From NCBI GenBank assembly GCA_002254405.1, contig NJDH01000002.1, positions 1 through 43,236 on the forward strand: DNA of 43,236 nt, given 5' to 3'. The notes below the pieces were generated by a model that had not been told where the DNA came from, did not search any database, and saw only the letters and a list, made by a program, of their open reading frames with translations. Source of the stretch: Candidatus Altiarchaeales archaeon ex4484_96. GTDB taxonomy: Archaea; Altiarchaeota; Altiarchaeia; IMC4; QMZM01. The translations under genes were made by a program, and so were the position numbers. This document shows, in pieces, positions 18,965 to 27,127 of this stretch (its first letter is position 1; each line of letters opens with the position of its first letter).

Positions 18965-19097
18965 GCGGGGGTGCCCGAGCTGGTCAAACAACTATGCCTT
19001 ACATTCAAAATAAAACCTGGGGGCTTGTTGGGCTAAAGGGGCACGGTTGAGGGCCGTGTGGTGTAGGCCTACGCGAGTTCGAACCTCGTCCCCCGCA
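18965..19097 (+). tRNA. tRNA-Leu(GAG) with 49-nt non-canonical D-loop intron (18988-19036)
   Basis: Spliced form GCGGGGGTGCCCGAGCTGGTCAA^AGGGGCACGGTTGAGGGCCGTGTGGTGTAGGCCTACGCGAGTTCGAACCTCGTCCCCCGCA is a normal tRNA-Leu; usual location between rpoD and rpl18e. Confidence 0.92.
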
Positions 19098-19117
19098 TCA
19101 GACTACAATAAAATAAG

Positions 19118-19480
19118 ATGAGAACACACTACGCTGAAGACGTGAACCGGTTAAAGCTCATAGAAGAGCTGAAGAAAGCAGCTAAAGAAAAAGAAGCTGC
19201 TGTGTGGGATAAGATAGCTGAGGAACTATCTCGCTCCAGAAGAAACCGAAGATGCGTTAACGTGTGGAAAATCAATAGATACACAGAGAAAGGTGATATA
19301 GCCTTAATTCCCGGGAAGGTTATGGGTGATGGTATACTCGACCATAAGGTAGAGGTAGCCGCATTCAAGTTCACCGAAAATGCAAAACAAAAAATTAAAA
19401 GCTATGGGGGTAAAACGATATCAATCCCCGAGCTGCTTAAGAAAAACCCCAAGGGTTCGAAAATCAAGATAATATCATAA
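19118..19480 (+). CDS. rpl18e: 50S ribosomal protein L18e
   Basis: W..IA..L.RSRRNR..VNV.KINRY, IPGKVMGDG, NPKGS. Confidence 0.96.
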   Translation: MRTHYAEDVNRLKLIEELKKAAKEKEAAVWDKIAEELSRSRRNRRCVNVWKINRYTEKGDIALIPGKVMGDGILDHKVEVAAFKFTENAKQKIKSYGGKTISIPELLKKNPKGSKIKIIS

Positions 19481-19481
19481 A

Positions 19482-19925
19482 ATGATTATTGATGCACGTG
19501 GATGTATTGTAGGGCGGCTGGCCTCACACGTAGCCAAGAAATCGCTCGCAGGAGAACAGGTCATTGTGGTTAACGCCGAGAAAGCGATTATATCGGGAAG
19601 AGATAAAATGATATTATCCGAGGAAAAAGACAAGCAGGATATAAGAAATCTCGGCAACCCCCTGAGAGGGCCTTTCCATCATAAGAGACCCGATAAATAC
19701 CTGAGGAAAGCGATAAGAGGGATGCTTCCCTACAAGAGATACAGGGGCAAAAAAGCCTACGAGAATGTGATGGTTTACGTGGGTCTGCCAAAAGAAGAAA
19801 TCAAAAAAAGGCATGGTATAGAAGTCAAGGACTCGGATTTAATCGAATTAAAGGATGCAAGGAAGAAGGTTAGAAATCACCTGACACTCGGAGAAGTATG
19901 TTCAGCTATTGGAGGAAGATGGTAA
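19482..19925 (+). CDS. rpl13: 50S ribosomal protein L13
   Basis: IIDA....VGRLAS.VAK, VVNAEKAIISG, GPFH.KRPD, IRGMLP. Confidence 0.97.
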   Translation: MIIDARGCIVGRLASHVAKKSLAGEQVIVVNAEKAIISGRDKMILSEEKDKQDIRNLGNPLRGPFHHKRPDKYLRKAIRGMLPYKRYRGKKAYENVMVYVGLPKEEIKKRHGIEVKDSDLIELKDARKKVRNHLTLGEVCSAIGGRW

Positions 19926-20339
19926 ATGGTCGAAGTCGTTAACACAGCAGGTAAAAGAAAAACATCTATTGCCAGAGCATCAATCAAGAAAGGTGCGGGT
20001 AATATGAAAATAAACAGGGTTCCATTAAGCGTATACGGAACCAAGATTGCTAGGATGAAAATAAATGAGATTCTGGTAATAGCATCAAATTACATTAACA
20101 TGAATAAGATAGATATAGACGTTAAGGTAGCAGGAGGGGGGTTCATGGGACAGACTGATGCTGTGATATCATCCATCGCAAGAGGTCTTGTTAAGTGGAG
20201 CAAGGACGAGAAACTACATAACGCGTATCTTGAGTACGATAGGACGGTTATAGCCGGGGATCACAGGCAGACGGAGCCGCATAAGCCCTCCCAGAGCAGG
20301 AAGGGCCCCAGGCATAAAAGACAAAAATCATACAGGTAG
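19926..20339 (+). CDS. rps9: 30S ribosomal protein S9
   Basis: GKRKTSIARA, V.GGGFMGQ, YDRT...GD.R, RQKSYR. Confidence 0.97.
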   Translation: MVEVVNTAGKRKTSIARASIKKGAGNMKINRVPLSVYGTKIARMKINEILVIASNYINMNKIDIDVKVAGGGFMGQTDAVISSIARGLVKWSKDEKLHNAYLEYDRTVIAGDHRQTEPHKPSQSRKGPRHKRQKSYR

Positions 20340-20351
20340 ATTAAAAAAAAA

Positions 20352-20549
20352 ATGATTATACCAATCAGGTGTTTCAGCTGTGGTAAACCCATAGCACAGG
20401 ATTGGGAGGAATACTCCAAAAGAGTTGAGAAAGGAGAAAACCCGAAGGATGTTCTGGATTCGCTGGGGCATACCCGATACTGTTGCCGCAGGATGTTCAT
20501 ATCTCACTCGGAATCCATTGATGAGATAATGAAATATAAAAAGATATAA
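20352..20549 (+). CDS. rpoN: DNA-directed RNA polymerase subunit N (Rpo10)
   Basis: [19 protein letters not shown]. Confidence 0.97.
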   Translation: MIIPIRCFSCGKPIAQDWEEYSKRVEKGENPKDVLDSLGHTRYCCRRMFISHSESIDEIMKYKKI

Positions 20550-20551
20550 AA

Positions 20552-20740
20552 ATGGTTGAAGAAGCAACATACACCAGATACGAGAAAGCAAGGCTCATCG
20601 GGGCGCGAGCCCTCCAGATAAAGATGGGGGCACCCCTACTAATGAACCCGCCCGAAAACGTTAAAAGACCGATAGATATCGCCAAGCTAGAGCTTAAAGC
20701 AGGCATATTACCTATTACTGTTAAAAGAAAAACAAAATGA
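20552..20740 (+). CDS. rpoK: DNA-directed RNA polymerase subunit K (Rpo6)
   Basis: [25 protein letters not shown]....LPITV. Confidence 0.97.
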   Translation: MVEEATYTRYEKARLIGARALQIKMGAPLLMNPPENVKRPIDIAKLELKAGILPITVKRKTK

Positions 20741-21420
20741 CCGAGGAAACAACAGTCAACATAGAGGACGAGCTACTGGTGCCATTAGATGATTATCTGT
20801 CTAATGGAGTGCATGTAGGCCTAAAATACAAGATGGCTGACATGGAGGAATTCGTCTACAAGACCAGGAGAAACAAGCTTTCGGTTTTTGATGTCAGAAA
20901 AATAGATGAGCGGATACGTATCGCCGCAGATTTTATCTCCAGATACACACCAGAGGACGTATTGGTGGTCTCCAACCGGGTTTATGGAAGAAAACCGATA
21001 AAAAAGCTGTCAGAATATACGAAAATAAAGGCTATAACCTCCCGTTTTGTTTCAGGCACGCTCACCAACCCAAACATACAATTTTACATGGAACCCAAGC
21101 TTTTGATTGTAACAGACCCCAGCAGCGACCAGCAGGCAATAAAAGAGTCCTCTGCGATGGGCATACCCGTGGTGGCTATATGCGACACCAACACCAGAAT
21201 CAAAAACATAGATTATATAATACCATCCAACAACAAAGGGAAGAATTCGCTTGCCCTGATTTACTGGATATTAACAAGAGAGATACTTAAAAGAGGGGGT
21301 GTTAAAAAATTCGACGCCAGCATAGAGGATTACATATCAAAGGCTGAACCCCAACCTTATCTCATAAAAATGCAGGAAATCCAGAGAAGACAGAGGATGA
21401 AAAGAAAAAGAAAGAGATAG
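20737..21420 (+). CDS. rps2: 30S ribosomal protein S2
   Basis: [42 protein letters not shown]. Confidence 0.97.
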   Translation: MTEETTVNIEDELLVPLDDYLSNGVHVGLKYKMADMEEFVYKTRRNKLSVFDVRKIDERIRIAADFISRYTPEDVLVVSNRVYGRKPIKKLSEYTKIKAITSRFVSGTLTNPNIQFYMEPKLLIVTDPSSDQQAIKESSAMGIPVVAICDTNTRIKNIDYIIPSNNKGKNSLALIYWILTREILKRGGVKKFDASIEDYISKAEPQPYLIKMQEIQRRQRMKRKRKR

Positions 21421-21421
21421 A

Positions 21422-22687
21422 TTATAATCTTCCCTGGTATGCTGTTTTATCTGCGAGTTCCTCTTCTATTCTCATAAGCTGGTTGTATTTAGCGTTTCGC
21501 TCAGACCTGCATGGAGCGCCTGATTTAATCTGGCCTGTACCTAAACCTACAACCAAATCGGCTATGTATGAATCCTCTGTTTCTCCGCTTCTGTGTGATA
21601 CCATGGTGTTCCACCCATTTTTTGATGCGAGAGAGTGGGCTTCGATGCTTTCTGTTATGGTTCCAATCTGGTTTATTTTCAATAGGAGGGCATTACAGGC
21701 TTTTTTATCTATCGCCTGCCTTATCCTTTCCACATTAGTCACCAGCAAATCATCCCCCACAATCTGGAGTTTATCTTTAAAGTATTCTGTGAAGCGAATC
21801 CAGGAATACCAGTCATCCTCAGCGAAAGGATCTTCAAGCGAGACGATTGGATATTTGTTGAGCATCCTCTCATAGAGGGTTCCCAGCTCAGACCCGCTTA
21901 TTTTCTCCCCCCCGATAAGGTATTTACCGTTCTGGTAGAAACTGGATGCGGCTGCATCCATTCCCAGCTCGATTTCCTTAGAGTAGCCTAATTCATCAAC
22001 AGCCTCAAGTATGAGCTCAAGAGGCTCTTCTGGTTTAATCAGGGGAGGTGCGAATCCCCCCTCATCCCCAACGTTAATCGAGTTCATGCCGTATTTTCTT
22101 TTAAGTAAGTCTTTAAGCTCAATATATGTTTCAGAGCACATCATAACAGCCTGTTTGAAGTTGGCTGCCCCGGTTGGAAGAATCATGTACTCTTGGATAT
22201 CAAGTTTATTACCCGCGTGCTCTCCCCCGTTTATCACGTTCATGGAGGGGGTGGGCAGTATCAGTCTCTTGTTTGATGCAAGCTGTCCTATTCTCTCATA
22301 GAGGGGGATATTCAATTCTCTTGCGGAGGCTCTTGTAAGGCACATGCTGACTCCCAGTATAGCGTTAGCGCCTAATTTGGATTTATTTACGGTGCCATCC
22401 AGTTCAATCATCAGGTTATCGATTTCTTTTTGGTTGCGGCAGTCCATTCCTGCTATTTCCCTGGATATTATGTTGTTTACGTTATCTACTGCCCTAAGCA
22501 CTCCCTTGCCGTGATAGTTTTGATTGCCGTCTCTTAGCTCCAAGGCCTCGTGTATTCCCGTGCTGGCTCCCGAGGGTAGTATAGCCCGAACCTGTGATTT
22601 ATCTGTTGACATCTCCACCTCGACCGTGGGGTTGCCGCGTGAGTCTAATACCTGCCTTGCCTTGGTTTTTGTTATTTCATATGCCAT
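21422..22687 (-). CDS. eno: Enolase
   Basis: DSRGNPTVEV, PSGASTG.HEALELRD, VGDEGGFAP, LLKINQIGT, SHRSGETED. Confidence 0.98.
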   Translation of the reverse strand: MAYEITKTKARQVLDSRGNPTVEVEMSTDKSQVRAILPSGASTGIHEALELRDGNQNYHGKGVLRAVDNVNNIISREIAGMDCRNQKEIDNLMIELDGTVNKSKLGANAILGVSMCLTRASARELNIPLYERIGQLASNKRLILPTPSMNVINGGEHAGNKLDIQEYMILPTGAANFKQAVMMCSETYIELKDLLKRKYGMNSINVGDEGGFAPPLIKPEEPLELILEAVDELGYSKEIELGMDAAASSFYQNGKYLIGGEKISGSELGTLYERMLNKYPIVSLEDPFAEDDWYSWIRFTEYFKDKLQIVGDDLLVTNVERIRQAIDKKACNALLLKINQIGTITESIEAHSLASKNGWNTMVSHRSGETEDSYIADLVVGLGTGQIKSGAPCRSERNAKYNQLMRIEEELADKTAYQGRL

Positions 22688-22728
22688 TTTATCTACTATT
22701 TTATGGTTGAATATTTAAAAGATAGATT

Positions 22729-22746
22729 ATAATGATTAATCATTAT
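22729..22746. promoter_or_regulatory. Perfect 18-bp palindrome ATAATGATTAATCATTAT, putative operator in the eno/ferredoxin divergent promoter
   Basis: Exact inverted repeat just downstream of TATA-like ATATTTAAAA (22711-22720); near-copies at 30385 and 30454. Confidence 0.65.
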
Positions 22747-22760
22747 GAACGGTATTTAAA

Positions 22761-22943
22761 ATGGCAGACATACAAATCGACAAGGAAGCGTGTATAGGAT
22801 GCGGAGTATGCGTAAACAGCTGCCCTGTGGGAATATTCGAGATGGAAAACGACAAAGCCGCAACCAACGGCAACGTAGATGACTGCACCCTGTGCAAGAC
22901 ATGTGAAAGCTCATGCCCTGCTGGAGCAATAACCGTTACCTGA
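22761..22943 (+). CDS. 2[4Fe-4S] ferredoxin
   Basis: CIGCGVCVNSCP and CTLCKTCESSCP. Confidence 0.95.
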   Translation: MADIQIDKEACIGCGVCVNSCPVGIFEMENDKAATNGNVDDCTLCKTCESSCPAGAITVT

Positions 22944-23631
22944 GTGAATCCCTAATTTGAGAGAGACCAGGCTCATCTAATCTATCGGATAACTGGCCAT
23001 CCCCCATCAGATAAACGCTATCGGATAACTCAGACAGCGCAAGATCGTGGGATGCGATAACAACAGTATGAGTCCTCTGAAGCTCGTCTATGAGCTCCAT
23101 GAAATCCCCCCGAATCCAGGGGTCAAGACCGAGAGTAGGCTCATCCAATACCAGAATATCTGGGCCCATTGATAATACGGTAGCAATAGAAACCCTTTTC
23201 TTCTCCCCGAAACTCAGGTGATTCGAGGATTTAACCCCATACCCCTCTAAACCGACGACATCAAGGGCTTTAGCCACCTTATCCTCAAGCTCTTTACCCT
23301 TGATGCCCGCATTAAGCGGACCGAATGCAACATCCTCATAAACCGATGGCATGAAAAGCTGGTCATCTGGGTTTTGGAATACCACACCAACATTACTGCG
23401 AATTAATTTAAGGTTTTTTTCATTCACATCAAGACCCACAACCCTAAGCTTACCCCGGGCAGGGCGCAAGATACCATTGAGATGTAAAAGCAACGTTGTC
23501 TTGCCTGAACCGTTGGGTCCGATAAGGCAAACAGACTCGTTTCGTCTAACCCTCAGGTTAATATCTCTCAGAGCCAAGCTACCATCAGGGTAGGTGTAGC
23601 CTAAACCCGATGCCTCAATAACATATTCCAT
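22936..23631 (-). CDS. nikO: ECF transporter ATPase (CbiO/NikO)
   Basis: GPNGSGKTT, FQNPDDQLF, LSFGEKKR, LDEPT; start at MEYVIE. Confidence 0.92.
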   Translation of the reverse strand: MEYVIEASGLGYTYPDGSLALRDINLRVRRNESVCLIGPNGSGKTTLLLHLNGILRPARGKLRVVGLDVNEKNLKLIRSNVGVVFQNPDDQLFMPSVYEDVAFGPLNAGIKGKELEDKVAKALDVVGLEGYGVKSSNHLSFGEKKRVSIATVLSMGPDILVLDEPTLGLDPWIRGDFMELIDELQRTHTVVIASHDLALSELSDSVYLMGDGQLSDRLDEPGLSQIRDSLR

Positions 23632-23632
23632 T

Positions 23633-24343
23633 TTACCAGATGGATACAATAGATGAAAAAATAAACATAAAAAAGACATAAACAAAGTCTGTGTAGGTTA
23701 AACAGCTGGTTTTGATTGGTTTAATATCGCCTGTGAAACCCCGCGAGCACATAGACTGATAGACTCTCTCCCCGCGCTCATAGCTTCTGATGAAAAGAGC
23801 ACCTATTATGTTGCCTGCAGTTCTAAGCGAATCAATTAGCTCCATATGGTGCGCTCTTGAATCCCTGGCCTTTTTCATCCAATAAAACTCATCAACAAGA
23901 ACAAACATATAACGATACATGAAGGATACGACCTGGATTAATACCCTGGGTGTTTTTAGTTTCTCAAACCCGGCCAGCAGATCATTGAAGGATGATGTTG
24001 ATATAAGCAAAATCATGCAAAGAAGCGAAAGCGATGATTTAACCAACACATTAAATAAAAGCATGAAACCGCCTTCCCCCATAAAAGGCAGGGATAAGAC
24101 AACCAGTAGGCTGAAAGGCAGTAGCACAACAAAGCGTTTTAAAGCAAATACTGGCGGTATTCTCGAAGCAATAAACAAAACCAGCAATATGAAAAAATAC
24201 AATATAAACCTGTGTATCGCTTCAATCGGGGTTAGTACTATAATGAAGACAAGCAACAGCAGGGTTATTATCTTGGATCTGGAATCCAGCCTGTGCATAA
24301 ACGAGTTAATCCGGGTGTGTTTGTCTAAAAACTCATGCTCCAT
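23633..24343 (-). CDS. nikQ: ECF transporter T component (CbiQ/NikQ)
   Basis: HRLD.R.K, FMYRY, ARDSR, RSYERGERVY.SM.SRGF. Confidence 0.92.
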   Translation of the reverse strand: MEHEFLDKHTRINSFMHRLDSRSKIITLLLLVFIIVLTPIEAIHRFILYFFILLVLFIASRIPPVFALKRFVVLLPFSLLVVLSLPFMGEGGFMLLFNVLVKSSLSLLCMILLISTSSFNDLLAGFEKLKTPRVLIQVVSFMYRYMFVLVDEFYWMKKARDSRAHHMELIDSLRTAGNIIGALFIRSYERGERVYQSMCSRGFTGDIKPIKTSCLTYTDFVYVFFMFIFSSIVSIW

Positions 24344-24635
24344 TTTTTTTCTCAAGTAAACTGCCTATCACATAGACAAACACAAACATCAATAAAACCC
24401 CGGTTAACCCGGCAAAAGAAGCCGCCAGGCTCTCGTTTGGTAGCAAGCTTAGCTCATAGTCGGGCATAGGTGATGTAAAAAGCGGCTCTGATTCCAGGGT
24501 AGTCCATTGACCTCTCTCACCTAATATTTGCGCAACCCACTCAAGACCATCGGGATCGGATGAGGCATAAAGTGAGACTATTGAAGATAATAATATAGCA
24601 ATAACCAAACCCCATATAACATAATCATCGCCCAT
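24333..24635 (-). CDS. nikN: PDGLE-domain protein (NikN)
   Basis: ASSDPDGLEWVA, PMPDY, two TM helices. Confidence 0.88.
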   Translation of the reverse strand: MGDDYVIWGLVIAILLSSIVSLYASSDPDGLEWVAQILGERGQWTTLESEPLFTSPMPDYELSLLPNESLAASFAGLTGVLLMFVFVYVIGSLLEKKNGA

Positions 24636-24636
24636 C

Positions 24637-25278
24637 TTATATCTTCTCCAGTTTAAGCAAATCAGGTCTCACCCTCATAATATAAGCGAGTGATGTGAAG
24701 GTCAGCGCAGCCTCAATCAAACCCACAAAAGCGTGAACGCTTACCATAAGAGGAACCGAAACCCCGAGAGGAGAGAAACCAGATAAGGATATCTCCATAG
24801 CGCAGAAAAAAGAGGCTAAAACAACAGAAATCCATGCTGAGGCTGCCGCCCCGATTAATAATGCGTTTCTCCCTTCTATTTTTTTACTCAGCTGGCTGTA
24901 AAGGTAGTATCCCCCTATTGTTCCGATAAAGCCCATATTGAACATGTTAGCTCCCAAGGCGGTTATGCCTCCGTCCTGGAATACCAAAGCCTGAACGATG
25001 AAAACGCAGGCCATAACAATGGAGGCTGTATAGGGTCCCAGCAGAACGGCTGCGAGTACTGAGCCGAGTATATGGCCTGATGTGCCCCCAAAAACAACCA
25101 GATTGACGTTAAGCATCTGTCCCGCGAAAATGAAGGCCGCCAGAACACCCATTAAGGGAACCTTCTTTTCCCCCAGCCTATCGTTTGTTTTTTTGATGGC
25201 ATAGGCTAGTATGATAATGCTGATAATCCACATCAGTGTCCATATCTGGGTGCAAAGAAACCCGTCAGGTATGTGCAT
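24637..25278 (-). CDS. nikM: ECF S component NikM (CbiM family)
   Basis: N-terminal MHIPDGFL metal-binding motif, GTSGH, QAL.FQDGGITALGAN; divergent from nikR. Confidence 0.92.
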   Translation of the reverse strand: MHIPDGFLCTQIWTLMWIISIIILAYAIKKTNDRLGEKKVPLMGVLAAFIFAGQMLNVNLVVFGGTSGHILGSVLAAVLLGPYTASIVMACVFIVQALVFQDGGITALGANMFNMGFIGTIGGYYLYSQLSKKIEGRNALLIGAAASAWISVVLASFFCAMEISLSGFSPLGVSVPLMVSVHAFVGLIEAALTFTSLAYIMRVRPDLLKLEKI

Positions 25279-25290
25279 TTTATCTATATA

Positions 25291-25348
25291 GTATTACGAT
25301 AATAAGAAAGGTGTTACCAGGTGTTAAGTTTTTAAATAAACGTGCTAC
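25291..25348. promoter_or_regulatory. Two tandem putative NikR operators
   Basis: GTATTAC-N13-GTGTTAC (25291-25317) and GTGTTAA-N14-GTGCTAC (25321-25348) in the 82-bp nikM/nikR intergenic region. Confidence 0.65.
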
Positions 25349-25360
25349 CAATATATTCTA

Positions 25361-25777
25361 ATGGACAAACAACACACGCAAAGAATAGGAGTCTCACTAC
25401 CACCTAAACTGCTGGATAAATTCGACAACATGATAGGAGAGATGGGATACAACAACAGATCAGAGGCCATAAGAGACGCAATAAGAAACTACATGCTCAA
25501 AAACCAGCTCAAAGACGAAGGAGGGGATGGAGTTGGGGTAATACTGATAACATACGACCACCACAGGCGCGGAGTAACCGAGTTAATAACCGATATACAG
25601 CATCACCACATTAGTGTCATAGAATCCAGTACCCACCTGCACCTGGACAAAAACAACTGCATGGAACTGATAATAGTGAGAGGAGAGATACGGGAAATAC
25701 AAAAAATCAAAAACAAGCTAAGCTCGGTGGCAGGAGTCAAACAAACAGAGCTGATAATCACATCAACAATCAGATAA
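25361..25777 (+). CDS. nikR: Nickel-responsive transcriptional regulator NikR
   Basis: RHH domain RIGVSLP..LL..FD, GY.NRSEAIRDAIR; YDHH, QH, H.HLD...CME nickel ligands. Confidence 0.96.
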   Translation: MDKQHTQRIGVSLPPKLLDKFDNMIGEMGYNNRSEAIRDAIRNYMLKNQLKDEGGDGVGVILITYDHHRRGVTELITDIQHHHISVIESSTHLHLDKNNCMELIIVRGEIREIQKIKNKLSSVAGVKQTELIITSTIR

Positions 25778-25785
25778 TACATATC

Positions 25786-27075
25786 TTATTTCGCCTTCTC
25801 CCACCTTTTAATCTCAAGAACCTGAGAAAGAGTGGAACCCTTTTTTATCTCGGACCTCACCCTGTTTTCTCTTTCAAACACATCCATGGCACGATTAGCC
25901 ACCTCCAACGCATCCTCTTTTGGGACAACCACCACACCATCAGCATCCCCCACCACCCAATCACCCGGCCTAACGGTCATTTGGCCGCATGATATGGGTA
26001 TGTTTATTTCCCCCATACCCTTGGGTTCGCCTGCAGCAGGCTTAATCTCCCTGGCAAAAACATTAAAACCCAACCCCCTTATCTCTTTAATATCCCTAAC
26101 CGCACCATCAACAACAACAGCAGCAATCTTCTTTCTAACACAGCTTTCGGATGCCAGCTCACCCCACACAGCCTTCCCAGTGCCACCAGCATCCACCACA
26201 ATAACGTCTCCCTCACCGGCTTCATCAATAGCCTCAATAGGTTTAGCCCAGTCCCCAGGATAGGTTTTCACCGTAACCGCAGGCCCCATAAAACCAGCAC
26301 CCGAGAAAAGCCTGATACCCTCCATAACACCAGCCCGATGCATAGCATCGCTTATATTAGCTGTTGAAACCCGCTTATAAACCTCGCGCGGTTCAATGAA
26401 TCTCTTATAAAGCGTGCTTTTAACTGGTTTCTTCAAACTCATCGCCTTTTTAATATCTTTTGTGGCCTTAGCAGCATCCGAAGCTTTAGTAATCGCACCA
26501 CCCACTATGACAATACAGGCCCCGTTTATTACGGCTTTAGCCGCAGACTCCGAGTTTAATCCGCCCGCAACAGCTAAAGGAGTTTTTATTTTACCAGACA
26601 GCCTTAATAGAACATCCAAGGGATCTACACCAGACATCTGCTGGTCTATGCTAACATGCACGCAAATGAAATCAACTCCCAGCTCCTCAAGTGCCAGGGC
26701 TCTATTTATGGGATCGGCTACGTTCATCAAATCGGCCATAATCATGCAACCATAGTTTCTGCCAGCTGAAACAGCCTCCCTTATCGTGGAATCATCAGTA
26801 ACCCCCAAAACAACGACAACATCAGCTCCCGCCTTACAAGCAGCTTCAACCTCAAAGCGGCCGGTGTCCATGACCTTCATATCAGCAACAATTTTTTTGT
26901 CAGGGAACAACCTGCGCAACTCCCTTACAGAATCAAGTCCCTCGCTTTTGATTAATGGGGTGCCCACCTCAATCCAGTCAACCCCCCCTGCAGCCGACTC
27001 ACGGGCTGTCTTAATCGCTCTTTTAAGATTGACATAGTCTAGTGCAACCTGCAATATGGGAAAAGAAGTGCTCAT
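25786..27075 (-). CDS. 3-hexulose-6-phosphate synthase fused to RraA/MenG-like domain
   Basis: LQVALD, IEVGTPLIKSEG, VADMKVMD.G..E, VH.SIDQQ; C-terminal ANISDA, AVWGEL, DGAVRD, GDADGVVVVP. Confidence 0.92.
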   Translation of the reverse strand: MSTSFPILQVALDYVNLKRAIKTARESAAGGVDWIEVGTPLIKSEGLDSVRELRRLFPDKKIVADMKVMDTGRFEVEAACKAGADVVVVLGVTDDSTIREAVSAGRNYGCMIMADLMNVADPINRALALEELGVDFICVHVSIDQQMSGVDPLDVLLRLSGKIKTPLAVAGGLNSESAAKAVINGACIVIVGGAITKASDAAKATKDIKKAMSLKKPVKSTLYKRFIEPREVYKRVSTANISDAMHRAGVMEGIRLFSGAGFMGPAVTVKTYPGDWAKPIEAIDEAGEGDVIVVDAGGTGKAVWGELASESCVRKKIAAVVVDGAVRDIKEIRGLGFNVFAREIKPAAGEPKGMGEINIPISCGQMTVRPGDWVVGDADGVVVVPKEDALEVANRAMDVFERENRVRSEIKKGSTLSQVLEIKRWEKAK

Positions 27076-27089
27076 GATAAATAGATTAG

Positions 27090-27116
27090 AAAATAAAAAG
27101 AAAAAAGAAAAAAAAG
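27090..27116 (-). terminator. Putative oligo-T terminator after acs
   Basis: Long T-rich tract on the minus strand shortly after the acs stop. Confidence 0.45.
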
Positions 27117-27127
27117 AGGGGGGTATT

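Noticed and set aside
25786-27075. Hps-RraA fusion as a novelty
   Set aside because: Fusion is already known from other archaea
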